Source: the human T2T-CHM13v2.0 reference genome, Homo sapiens. Taken from it: a DNA stretch of 64,000 bases. Below, in pieces: positions 33,006-47,025 of this stretch; the first letter of the stretch is position 1; every line of letters begins with the position of its first letter. The translations under genes were made by a program, and so were the position numbers. The DNA lies in the NCBI RefSeq assembly GCF_009914755.1, contig NC_060925.1; one strand, given 5' to 3'. The notes under the pieces were generated by a model, which was given only the letters and a program-made list of their open reading frames with translations, searched no databases and was not told where the DNA came from.

Positions 33006-34974
33006 GCTTGAACAGATGAGGAGTTGCTCCCTATGGATGTGCAAAGCAAGTGGTCTCTTGAGATGGAATCTACTCCTGGTGAAGATGCTATAAACATTGG
33101 TGCAATGACAACAAGGGATTTAGAATATTACGTAAACTTAGTTGATAAAGCAGCATTAGGGTTTAAGAGGACTGACTCCAATTTTGGAAGAAGTCGCACT
33201 GAGGGTAAAACGCTATCAAACAGCATCACATGCTACAGAGAAATCTTTCACGAAAGGGAAAGTCATTTGATCTGGCAAACTGAATTGCTGTATTATTTTA
33301 ATAAATTGTCACAGCTATCCCATCCTTCAGCCGCCACCACCCTGATCATTCAGCAGCCATCAACATCAAGGCAAGACCCTCCACCAGAAAAAGATTGCAA
33401 CTCACTGAAGGCTCAGATGGTCATTAGCATTTTTTAGCAATAAAGTATTTTAAAATTAAGGGATATATATTGTTTTTTAGACATAATGCTATTTCACAGT
33501 TAATATACTACAGTATTATGTAAACATAACTTTTATATGCACTGGGAAACCAAAAATTCTTGTGACTCACTTTATTACAATATGCACTTTCCTGCAGTGT
33601 TCTGAAACTGAACTGGAAGTATCTCCAAGGTATGCCTGTAACAGCCCTGCTGTTAAAGTTTTCAAAATTCTGGCCACCTTGTCTGGCAGTCAGTAAGGTT
33701 GTCACTGCACACAAAAACAATACAGTTTGCTTGATGCTGTTGTCATTGCTACTGCAGTTCAAGGGTCCAGGAGTAAGTGGGCCAAAATCTCAGCTATTGT
33801 CTCTTTTTGGTTCCCATTTTCCAAGGCTGTCTGGCTACAACCTCCAGACCAAAGCCCTGTGACCAGGCAAATGGCCAGAAGCTGCTGGGATAGGCCAATT
33901 ATGTTTTTATGAGGGCACCGTGCTGCATGAATTTAAGAGCTGGACTTGAAGAAGGGAGTAGGAGCGAGAGGGTCTGGAGCAGGAAGAAGTCTTTGAGATG
34001 ATGAGGGCAGGGTCAATAGAGAACATCAAACTGCAGCAGGTCACCAGGGTGGTGGTGTGACAGGAAGAGTGAGATAATCAAGTCTTCTCTGACACCACTG
34101 AATGTTAGGGATGGATGTCTGTCTGGTGACAGCCTGCCCTGAACTGTTCTGAATCCTTCTCTGTTAGCCATTTTCTAGGTTTCTGACCTCCAAAAGATTT
34201 GCAAAACTAGACTGTAATCAATTCCATTGTCTTCTCCAGAAATGTAACCAATATATCACTTTGCTGTAATATGATATTAATGTTACTATCCCAGACCATA
34301 CTGTATTTTTCTTGGGCATCCTTATCTGCATAAACATTCTGAGCTGCCTTTTTATCTGACCCAGATGGTCTATAATAATTTCCTATTAGTCTTAGTTTCC
34401 TTTTATCTTTTATTTCCATCCAAACATATTTTGTCCCACTGCCAACTTATTTATTATGTGACATTCTTTCTCCCTTCAGACACAATATCCGCCTTGACCC
34501 ATGTTGGCATAATTCCCCCTAGCCTGTTGTGTCTATCTCTTGCATAAACTTTCCATATCCAAATTATTCCAAGTCTGTTTCTTGTTTTAGCCCCTCCTTA
34601 GTAATCCTTGTTACATAATGTGTCTATTATATCTCTTGGTTTTGTTTTCTTTTAGTTCACTTCTTACCATGCATGTGAAAGTCATTTGTAAGGGGAGCTG
34701 TTTAGCATTTACTTTTATTTTTTCTTTGGTTTCTTTTGGGTTCTGGCTCCATCCCTGGAGTTCTTTTAATCTCCGACCCTCCTCTCTCTCCCAAGCCCTC
34801 TTCATTTCCCCATAACATGTTAGTTTATACCTTCTTCTCAGATGTACGCAATTTTTACCATTATGGCTTTGTGTATTGCTGTGTGGTTTTGCAGAAAAAG
34901 CTGGCTGTCCTTCAGTAACTTTCCAGCTCCCACCATTCATCTGTTTAGCAGGAGCTCCATTCAAAACCAGTTTT

Positions 34975-35724
34975 TTTTTGTTTTTTGTTTGTTTGTTTGT
35001 TTTTGTTTGTTTTTATTATACTTTAAGTTCTAGGGTACATGTGCACAATGTGCAGGTTTGTTACATATGTATACATGTGCCATGCCGGTGTGCTGCATCC
35101 ATTAACTTGTCATTTACGTTAGGTGTACCTCCTAATGCTATCCCTCCCCGCTCCCCACACCCCACAACAGGCCCTGGTGTGTGATGTTCCCCTTCCTGTG
35201 TCCAAGTGTTCTCATTGTTCAATTCCCACCCATGAGTGAGAACATGTGGTGTTTGGTTTTTTGTCCTTGCAATAGTTTGCTGAGAATGATGGTTTCCAGC
35301 TTTATCCACGTCCCTACAAAAGACATAAGCTCATCATTTTTTATGGCTGCATAGTATTCCATGGTGTATATGTGCCACATTTTCTTAATCCAGTCTATCA
35401 TTGTTGGACATTTGGGTTGGTTCCAAATCTTTGCTATTGTGAGTAGTGCCGCAATAAACATATGTGTGCCTGTGTCTTTGCAGCAGCATGATTTATATTC
35501 CTTTGGGTATATACCCAGTAATGGGATGGCTGGGTCAAATGGTATTTCTAGTTCTAGATCCCTGAAGAATTGCCACACTGTCTTCCACAATGGTTGAACT
35601 AGTTTACAGTCCCACCAACAGTGTAAAAGCCTTCCTATTTCTCCACATCCTCTCCAGCACCTGTTGTTTCCTGACTTTTTAATGATTGCCATTCTAACTG
35701 GTGTGAGATGATATCTCATTGTGG
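34975..35724 (-). mobile_element. L1PA 5'-truncated, copy B (inverted near-duplicate of 17026-17774)
   Basis: Same ORF2p C-terminus; TSD TCAAAACCAGTTTT at 34961-34974 and 35725-35738. Confidence 0.97.
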
Positions 35725-35883
35725 TCAAAACCAGTTTTATTCCAATCATTGTCATGAGCCTAGAGCCTGAAGGAAGTCTGATAGAGACTTTTAAAAGTGC
35801 AACAATCTTGTTTTATGTTTTCATGAGACTTCAACAGTCTACAAAAAGTCCAGATCAATTGGTTGAAATGAATATTATTTTAA

Positions 35884-36246
<363 letters not shown>

Positions 36247-37099
36247 TTAAATTCTTAACTCTATTTCCCCACTCCCTCACTTAATGGCCCTTTTGTTCTT
36301 GTTTGTGCATGCAGGTCTATGTGAGAGTTTACATCACCTATCTACTTCCTTCACATTTCTGGAAAAGCTATCAAATAGGACATCACAGATATACCTGTAC
36401 TTCCTATGTCCTTTAATACAGACAACAGTGGGGAGGGGTCATAGCAGAAGGAGGTTAGATAGAGCAGTTGGCATAACTGAAAGTCTAGCGGCAACTCTTA
36501 ACTATTTTCCAGAAATGTAAATTTCCTTAGGGAGCAGCTGTGACCTCAGTCATCTTTGTTAATCAGCCTCCCTGGGGCTCAGTTGAAAATAGAGACAATA
36601 TTAATAATATCTACTCAATGGGACTTTTATAAGGATATGTTTAAAATACTCTCTAGGAAGAAACATTCTATTAATGATGGTCTAAATAACAACAAAACAT
36701 GACTGTGAAAGTCATCCGGTTATCATTCAGTAAATTTTTGTGCCAGGGAACTAATGAGTAATTCAACAACCTTAAGAAGAAAGTAAATTTTTCCTATGGG
36801 AGGAATTTAGTGCCTAGGAGAATCCAGATGAACATAATTAGCAGAAATCATTGTTTAAAGTACCTGAAGGCAAAGTTACCCATGCTGAGATCCCATCCTG
36901 ACAACAGTATGGTTCCAAGTTCAGAGGGGACAGAAACCAGGAGAAGAGACTCTGGTTTAAACATTTCACTGTTTAGACTCATTTTTGTTTAGGTCAACAA
37001 AATTTCCAAAACTATTCCCATTATTAAAAATCATTGAGCCAATTGCATTTTCACTGCATTCAGAACATGAAATTTAAAGGGAAAGAAATCTTCAAGTTT

Positions 37100-37320
37100 A
37101 TGTTTTTTGGATTAGGAACACAGATTTGGGAGTCATGCTGCCTCCATGAAAGTAACAGCAGAAATATTTGCTGGCTGTGTGATTTTAGGCAAGTTACTTA
37201 ACCTCCTTGAGCTTCCATTTTCTCAGATGTAAAATAGGGAAAATAATAGTACCTATCTAATAAGGCAGCTTGAGGGTTCTCCTGATGCTTGGCACACAGG
37301 AAGCACTCAGTAAAAGCTTT
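37100..37320 (+). mobile_element. MIR
   Basis: 'tgtgattttaggcaagttacttaacctc'. Confidence 0.8.
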
Positions 37321-37332
37321 TTGTTATCATTA

Positions 37333-37645
37333 CTTTATTTTTTAATTTTTATTATTTTTCTAAATTGTTAACTTTTGTGGGTATATATTTGTGGGTCACA
37401 TGAGATATTTTGATACAGGCATGCAATGCATAATAATCACATCATGGAAAATGGGATATCCATCCCCTTAAGCATTTATCTTTTGTGTTACAAACAATCC
37501 AATTATATGATTTTAGTTGTTTTAAAATGTACAATTGAATTATTATGAATATAGTCACCCAGTTGTGCTACCAAATACTAAGTCTTATTCTTCTTTCTAT
37601 TTTTTCTACCCATTAACCATCCCACCTCCCTTCCAACCCCCATTA
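37333..37645 (-). mobile_element. L1MA1-3-like 3' end
   Basis: Same 3'UTR family as the 20277 copy. Confidence 0.85.
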
Positions 37646-38406
37646 GCATTATTTTAGAAAGCTGAAGTCCAAAGAGAATGTCATTTGCCCAAAGTCTCAC
37701 AAATATACTCTGCAAAGAACGAAGTCAATGTTCACCCAGTTAATGTCAATTATCTTGGCTTTTACCACCACTCTGCTATGTCCTCAATATGTGCTCTTTG
37801 TGTTCACCTTCTTCTCTTACCATTTTGTCACATCTATAGTCTTTTATCATTATGTAAATTATTCATGGAAGAGAGAATAGTTATTATTTCAAGAAGATCC
37901 TTTGGCCATGAGTATAAGCCATTGACCTGGGTAAACAAGTTTGCCATTTTTACAGGTGACTGTCATGTGTTCTCTTAGCTGCTAGTCACCATTGCTCTCT
38001 TACCTTTCAGATGGTAAGCTCATTGAGGCAGGGTCCATGTCTTATTTATATGTGCAGACCCCTGAGCCTTGCCAACTTCTAGCCATTACCTATGTCTTCA
38101 AAATATGCTAGAAACTCAGCAGTAGTATAGCAATCATACATATTACAAAATGCCTAGCATTTTTATTATACATATTAACTCCTTTATTTCTCACTACCAC
38201 ACATTTACAGTTGAGAACACCCAGGCTCAAAAGAGGTTAAATAACCTGTCCAAGGTCGCACTACTCATAACTGCCTAGCAGGAACACAAGCCAAGAGTGA
38301 CTGACACCACATCTTCATTAGCATAAGAAAAGGTGGGGGCGGGGAATTCACACACTGACTACCTATTCAGACAGTTTAATCTGATTAAAAATTCACTTCT
38401 ACTAGA

Positions 38407-38407
<1 letters not shown>

Positions 38408-38431
<24 letters not shown>
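38408..38431. repeat. (CA)n microsatellite
   Basis: Read directly. Confidence 0.9.
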
Positions 38432-38437
<6 letters not shown>

Positions 38438-39957
38438 GACAGAAGTACAACCTTCATGTGGCTCAATTTATCTCAAGGATAGGCAAGCCCATTTGCTGAC
38501 AAAGAATTAACTATTTCTTTACCAACATCATTTATTCATTTCTTTTTCTCAGATAGTGGGTTCTGGCTGATTTTGAAGCACAAGAAATCAGCTCAACTTC
38601 AGCCTAGGATAGTGTGTGTTTAATTCAATCCATAGCACTATTTAATTATAGAAGAATCAAAGCTATCTTTGTTGTGACATTTTTTCTCTCTTCAAACATT
38701 CTGTCTGTTTTGATCCATCTTGGATTCATGTTGGGGTTAGGTTTAGAAACTGTCAAAAACACTTTTAACAAGCTTGTTATAAACCACTACTCCGAGAGAA
38801 TCAGCTGAGTAAATTAATGTTTCAACACAAGAAAATATTCTGAGATATTTTTAGTGTTTGAAAACAAGACCTGGAAAGCTATGACAAAACAGAGGTAAAC
38901 AAAGCATAATGAATTCATTGCAAATGTATTTACATCTGAAATAATTAATAATATGTATATTTTGTGAACCATCATTACCTTTTTCACTAGCCATACTTTA
39001 TGACTTTGTGTAATTATATAAAAGATTTCTCAAAATCTTGAAGTCTATTCAAACATTGAGGCTAAGGGATTATGTATCACAGGAGTAATGAGAACTCTAG
39101 AAAAATAACTTGACAACAAAAAGTCCTTATAGTTATATATTAAATATCAAGAAAATCAATGGGAAATCTTTGTTATTTGTGATTAAAAAACATACATGGT
39201 TAATTTTCATGTTACTGTAGAGCTTTGCCTCAACATGACCAGTCGCCATGTGAGTTATTTTGTTTTGCAACCTGGATATTAAACATTCCAGAGTCTTCAG
39301 CTTTCTTATCAGCACAGAAAAGGCAATTTATAGCACAGTACCTTTATAAGCAAAGACATTTTATGTAAGTAATTTGCTACAGAATTCTCTCTCAAAGCTG
39401 ATTTGATTCTTAAAGAGAATTCTTCATTGTAAATTCTTGATTCTACAAGTATGAAAAAAAATCAGGCTATTATCACTCTTGAAGACAGACCTTCTATTTC
39501 TAATTTCATATTTTCCTTCCCAAAGTGGGGTTTATATTATTCTATTTCCACTATTTTGACATGACTTTAGGACATTAATGGGTTGGGCAAGGCCACCAGG
39601 ATTTTATTTGTCAGAGATTGTGCTGTTTTTGCAGAATTGTTCAAAAGGACACTGAAATGGGTTACATCTCTAACAGGGTGAAGGAGACCCTAGTATAGAA
39701 GAATTAATGGGATCCCAGAAAAAAAGAGAGCTTAGGTCCCACAGAAGGGCTATAATCAATCCCTACGAAAATCTAGTACTCCCAGATTCCTGAGCCTTTA
39801 GGCCTCAGCAAAGTGGATGGAATGCAAAACCTAGTCCTCATACTATGGCTCAGAGAAATGAAAGAAACTGGCATTAGAGAAGATGGGAAGAGTGACAAAG
39901 TACAAATGTAAAGAAAGAGAGAAAGAGCATGGTAAGTATGTAAATACATGACATCAC

Positions 39958-40062
39958 AAAAAAAAAGAAAAAGAAAGAAGAAAGAAAAAGAAAGAAAGGA
40001 AAGAAAGAAAAGAAAGAAAGGAAAGAAAGAAAGAAAGAGAGAAAGAAAGAAAAGAAAGAAAG
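39958..40062. repeat. (GAAA)n-rich polypurine tract
   Basis: Read directly; lies in A-rich, probably decayed L1-like sequence. Confidence 0.9.
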
Positions 40063-41377
40063 ACAGACTATATCATGCAAAAGAGAAAAACATATGTAGC
40101 ATTCTTGAGAAAATATAGCACAAGCAACGTGAATAAACGTGCCATAGTGCTTTATGTCAGCAAAGGATTTGATAAGACTATGAGTTTAATAAAAGAAGAG
40201 TTCAGTGACAATATGACACACAATAAAAAATGAAGAAAATGCAAAGCTAAGTAGACAGATTAAGAAACCAAATCATACCATTAGAAACCCAACAAGAGAA
40301 AAAGTAAAAAGAAAATTAATGTAATATTAAAACACTTTAAATCATCAACATGAATGTAAAAGAACAAGGCAAAGAGATTAAGGTAACTAGAAGAAAATGA
40401 TAGATATGAAAGATAATGAAGATCTGACATGATAATAATTGAGATAATGATAATAGAACCTGTCAAATAAAACATTAAAAATAGTCAGGAATATAATGCA
40501 ATACATGTTTCCTGAAATAAAGAAAAAATTAAATTTAATTCTATTGAATCCCTAAAAAAACTGATACAGACCAAGTTATATAAAAACAATTCCAGGTGAA
40601 ATCATAAAAATTCTAGAATTCCCTGTGAATTTGGACATCCCCCCAGTCTCCACCCTGCCCCAGTGTGGAGGGTCTACAAACGAGGAAAAAAAAAAACACA
40701 TCATCCTACTTTATGGCTAGCAGCACTGAATGCTAGAAGACAATGGGATGATGTCTCTAATGTTCTGTGGGAAAGAAAAAATATTATACCCAGCCAAATG
40801 ATGATTCAAGGATAAGGGCAACATAGAAGTACTTCCATGTTCTAAAGCTCAGAAGTACTTAAGGGATACAGCACATGACTCGAAAATCCACCAAATGCAG
40901 GAGCCACAGTAGAAGAGGCACCTATGATCATTGTAATCATTTAAATAAAGAATAATGTTTAAACAACCAGAAGGATTATGACTACAAAACAAAAAAGTAA
41001 ATTTGCAAACTCTGACTAGGTTAAAATAAATCTACAGATGGGGAGGAAGGGTAAGAAAAATTATAAGAGAGCTCATTTCCGCATCTTTCTTAGCAAGTAG
41101 TCAATCCATCTTGGCTAAAACTGTAACATGTAGGTAAGAAAATAAATGACTCTCCCCTCTTAAAGGTTATTACTTTCTGGCTACCTAGTCACTTGTCCAA
41201 CCGTCATTCCATCCATCCATCTTCTTACATATATGCATATAGATAGATCTTAAATAATGACATTCATCAAATGTTAACATTACTTATTTTTGGATGATGA
41301 AATTTGGGGTGATTTACAGCTTTCCTCTTTTGCTCCTCTGTATTGCTTGAATTTTTAAAAAGTGATCATTATCACTG

Positions 41378-41815
41378 TACTAGACTAAAATTGGCCAGAA
41401 ATTCTTTGCACGTCATCTCATCAAGAAGTGGAGTCTATCTCTCACCTCTTATATCTTGGCTGGGCTTGTGGCCTGATACTGACCAATAGAACTCAACAGA
41501 AGCAATATATTGAGACTTCCATGCTCACCCTCTTGAAACCCTGAAACAACCATGCTGTGAAGAAGTCCCATATGAAAGGCAACATGAAGATATAGTCCCA
41601 GCCACCCCCGCCATTCCACCCATCCTAGATGAGGCCCTGGACATTTGAGTGAGACCAACTCACCCCTGCTTAGTTGTCTATATCTGCATGAGTGAGCCAA
41701 AGCAGAACCAGTAGAATATTCTAGTCAATCACAGACTTATGAGACATAATAAATTATTTTTGTTTTAAGTTATTGAGTTTGGAGTTGTTTCTTCCATAGC
41801 AATAGATAACTAATA
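41378..41815 (+). mobile_element. MLT1-family solo LTR
   Basis: 'catcaagaagtggagtctat...tgaccaatagaa...catagcaatagataactaat'. Confidence 0.8.
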
Positions 41816-41881
41816 TACTCTCTTTTATAAAAAAGAATAAATTCAGTACTCTTAAAAATCTTTAAAAAAATGCTGAAGTCT

Positions 41882-42175
41882 GCATAGTATTCCACAGTGT
41901 ATATGTGCCACATTTTCTTTCTCCACTGTATCATTGATGGGCATTTGGGTTGATTCCATGTCTTTGCTATTGTGAATAGTGCTGCAATGAACATATGCAT
42001 GCATGTATCTTTGTAATAGAATGATTTATATTCCTTTAAAATCAAAATAAAAATTAAAAAATAACAATTGAACATCAACAGTATACCAGACTATTTAGTA
42101 AATCTTGAGAAGAATAAAATAAAATAAAATAAAATAAAATAAAATAAAAAGTGGAGAAAATGTTTCGAAAAAAAG
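41882..42175. mobile_element. L1PA insertion with inverted 5' piece and A-rich 3' part
   Basis: Antisense ORF2 fragment 41882-42037; TSD ATGCTGAAGTCT at 41870-41881 and 42176-42187. Confidence 0.8.
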
Positions 42176-42459
42176 ATGCTGAAGTCTCCCTTCTATATAG
42201 TAGGGGGAGTTCTCTGCAGCCTGTATTTTTTCAAGAGGTTCATGACTTCCCTGTCAATATGTGCCACAGCCTTCTTTTCCACTATTAACTACTGACATTC
42301 TCTATTACAGGCTTTATTATTCTCTCTCACCAGCCCACATCACCCCACACTGGATCTAACTCAGTTTCCCTCACAGTACCACTAACACAAAGCTTGCATA
42401 TATTGTATACATCTCAGATATTTACTAAAGGTAAAAGAGGAGGTAGCCCAAAGATTTTA

Positions 42460-43255
<796 letters not shown>

Positions 43256-44049
43256 AGGCCGCTTAGGAAGAAAGTGATTCACACCATTAGGAATCAATGT
43301 CTAGGGTCTTCATTTCATTAGTACACCAAACTACAAAAAATATCAATAAAATTCACAAAACAGAGTCACCATATAGAGTTCTATAGGTTGTTGGTCATAT
43401 AAGAGACCCCAGTACATAGATATGAGCCCTGTACTTTAATGCAAGGCTATGGCTATCCAAAAAACAGGTGTCTTTTTCTGGACTTCACAAAATTTCACTT
43501 GAAAGTTTGAACATACCTTTGGTACTAAAGAAAACAATAGAATTTAAACATTCATAATAAAACAAAATTATGCCAATTATGACTCCAAAATAACGTGAGA
43601 CTTTTGAGAAATCACTGGAAAGCTATTAATATGGAGTTCATTTCTAGTATTTGTTGCAAATCAGCAACTTACTAAACTTGTTTTGCAAAATTTGTCCTCT
43701 TCCAAACTTAACAGCTCATCACAGTGTCTAAATTACCCACCCCCCTTTAGTTCAGAGTTTGTATTACTCTGGAATTTTCCAGTGCTTTGCAGTGATTTTT
43801 TTTCTTAGACCCCCTGGTGTAACTCTATTTTCTATGGTATCCTATTCTAGGAATCAATCGAAGATAAACTCATAGAAAAAATTCCTAGAGTGTTTTACAA
43901 TCAGATATCCAAGTGGAAAAAACTTGAAATGTGAATTCAGGGATACCAATAGCTTTCTATATTGTTGCATCAATGTTCTTGGTATTGGTCCTACCAAACA
44001 TAAGGTATTTGCAGTATGTAATGGTCTAAGCCAACAAAATCAGTTCTCA

Positions 44050-44560
<511 letters not shown>

Positions 44561-45611
44561 TCATATAACTGGCTTTATGAAAGAAGAACTGTGTGGAGTT
44601 GGAGCCACTCCATGAAGTCACTCTCAGAGTGTCAACTGATAGTTGTCTTTTGAGTCCGCTTGATTCTAAAATAAACTTAAACTTCTATTTTTCATGATCA
44701 GTGCCCCCTCTCTTTATGGTACTAGAGCTGTGCTGATCTGCAGGAATGCTAAATATGAACGTCACAGGCCACAAACCTCCTTTATTTTTCATAACTAAAT
44801 GTAATTTGTGATTGTAAGTTAAATTATTGATTCCTCAGTCAAATTCCCTTTCTACCTGTTGGGGAAGCCTTATATTTCTCTGATTGTTTGGATATAGTAA
44901 GGCATCTGGACCAGAGTCATCCTCTGTCTCCTGCTGGTATCTGCTGAGCTGCACCTCTTACCCATCATTTTTTGGTCTTTGGCCTCTACAGAGGTCCACC
45001 AGCCTCTGTTAAGATTACCTTTGTCCCACCACAGCTTCCAGCTGACAAGTCCTCCTTACCTAATCATTAGGCTTCTTTGAGTCTATAAACCTCTCTAAGC
45101 CAGAGCCACACCCCTTTCATAAGTACACGGCTGTCTTCCTGCTTCATTGCGTGCTTAAGACGTTAACGTAACTGTCCTCAGATCTATCTGGAGAGTTGCT
45201 TCACTTGGACATTTCCTGCTCTAAGGTCTAGCACTATGCTTCATATAGGTTTGTCTCGAAGGCTTGATTCTTCCCAATCACATGCTGGGTGAAGCTCTCT
45301 TTCACTCTATTCCCCCCCTGCACATTTATTTTATCTTAAAGATAGCATTGGCCTCCCAAAGTGCTGAGATCACAGGCATGAGCCACTGTGCCCAGCCAAC
45401 TGTTATCCTTCTTTAAAGATCATTATAGGTTCTTTTCAACTTCTTTATTTGCCATATTAAATTTATGTACTAACTTTTACAGCATTTGTCTTTGGATTTT
45501 CAAAGCCAGGTTTGAGCATGTGGAAGATATTTTCTCTTTCAAGGATTCCAGGTCTTACAAATCAAAAGCTCTTTGATTTTTAAGACTATTGTTTCTGTTT
45601 AGATTTTAAAT

Positions 45612-46005
45612 GTACTAGTTTGCTAGGGCTGCCATAACAAAATACCACAAATCAGGCGGCCTAAGCAACAGAAATTTATTTTCTCAGAATTCTAAAAGCC
45701 AGAAGTCCAAGATCAAGGTACTGATGGGGCTGGTTACTCCTGGGACCTGACTCTTTGGCTTGCAAATGGCCACTTTCTCACTCTGTCCTCACATGGTCTC
45801 CCCTCAGTCTGGGTGTTGTCTATGCCCTAATCTCCTCTTCTTACAAAGAAATCAGTCATATTAGGTAGGAATGCACCCAAAGGACCTCATTTTACCTTAA
45901 TTACCTCTTTAAAGGTCCTAACTCCAAATACAGTCGGATTCAGAGGTACTGGGGCAATACAACTTCAATATATGAATTTGGGGTGTTACAATGCAGCCCA
46001 TAACA
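45612..46005 (-). mobile_element. MLT1A/B solo LTR
   Basis: 'tagggctgccataacaaaataccaca...gaagtccaagatcaagg...cagcccataaca'. Confidence 0.88.
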
Positions 46006-46139
46006 TTAAATAATCTATTTAGATATTTGGTAGACTTATGAATGTTCTTTGGGCTCTTTTGTGTCTTCTTTTCCTGTGGCAAATGAATACAGGTTGTGGT
46101 GACTGACTCAGTGGAGGGAGGGTCTCAGCAATCTACACT

Positions 46140-46640
46140 ATAGTCATAGATTACAAGACCCTTCGCACTCTGGCTTCACTTACTCCTCCAACCTCTTCTC
46201 TCAGCTCTCCCTATATTTCTCTTTCTCTCTTCCATACAAGATGTCCTTCAGATTCTCAAAATCCCCACTGTGTCTCTCATTTCTGGACCTTCGAAGATGT
46301 TGTTCCTTCATCTTAAATGCTCTTCCTCTTTCTACTTCCCTTTGCCTTGCTAACTCCTATAAATCATTCGTGTCTCACGTTCAGCTTTTCCTGGTACCTA
46401 AAACTAGGTTACGCTTCCCTATTTGTTAACCTTCCCATAGCACATAACTATTTACCATTGTATAGGTCTCAGTCATTACACTTTTCACTACTTATGTAAT
46501 ATCTGTGTTTTCTGCTAAACTGTAAGCTCCGTGGTGGCAAGGACAGTGTCTGTATTGGTCACTGCTATATCCAGTATCTGTTGCAATGTCATGTTATGTT
46601 CAGTGTCTGCCACAAAGTAGATGCACAATAAGTATTTGTT
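46140..46640 (+). mobile_element. L2 3' fragment
   Basis: 'aactgtaagctccgtggtggcaaggacagtgtct...caataagtatttgtt'. Confidence 0.75.
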
Positions 46641-46649
46641 TTTTGTTGT

Positions 46650-47025
46650 TGTTGTTTTTGTTTTCCATCTTTATTAAGGCATAATTGACAAATAAAGATT
46701 AAATATATAAGGTTTGAACATTGATGTTTTGATACACATCTACATCACAAAATGATTACCACGATCAGGTTAATTAACATATCGTCTCACAGTTACCTTT
46801 TTTCATGTGTGGTGAGAACACTTGAGATCTACTCTCAACAAATTTCAAATATACATTATTATTAACTATAATCACCATGCTGTACATTAGTCTCCAGAAC
46901 TTACTGATCTTATAACTGAAAGTTTGTGCCCTTTGACTAACATCTCCCCTTTTTCTCCACCCCATGGAAACTGCCACTCTACTCTCTTACTGTATATTCA
47001 ACATTTTTATGGATTCCATATCTGA
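46650..47025 (-). mobile_element. L1MA 3' end
   Basis: 'ggtgagaacacttgagatctactctc...catgctgtacattag'. Confidence 0.85.
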
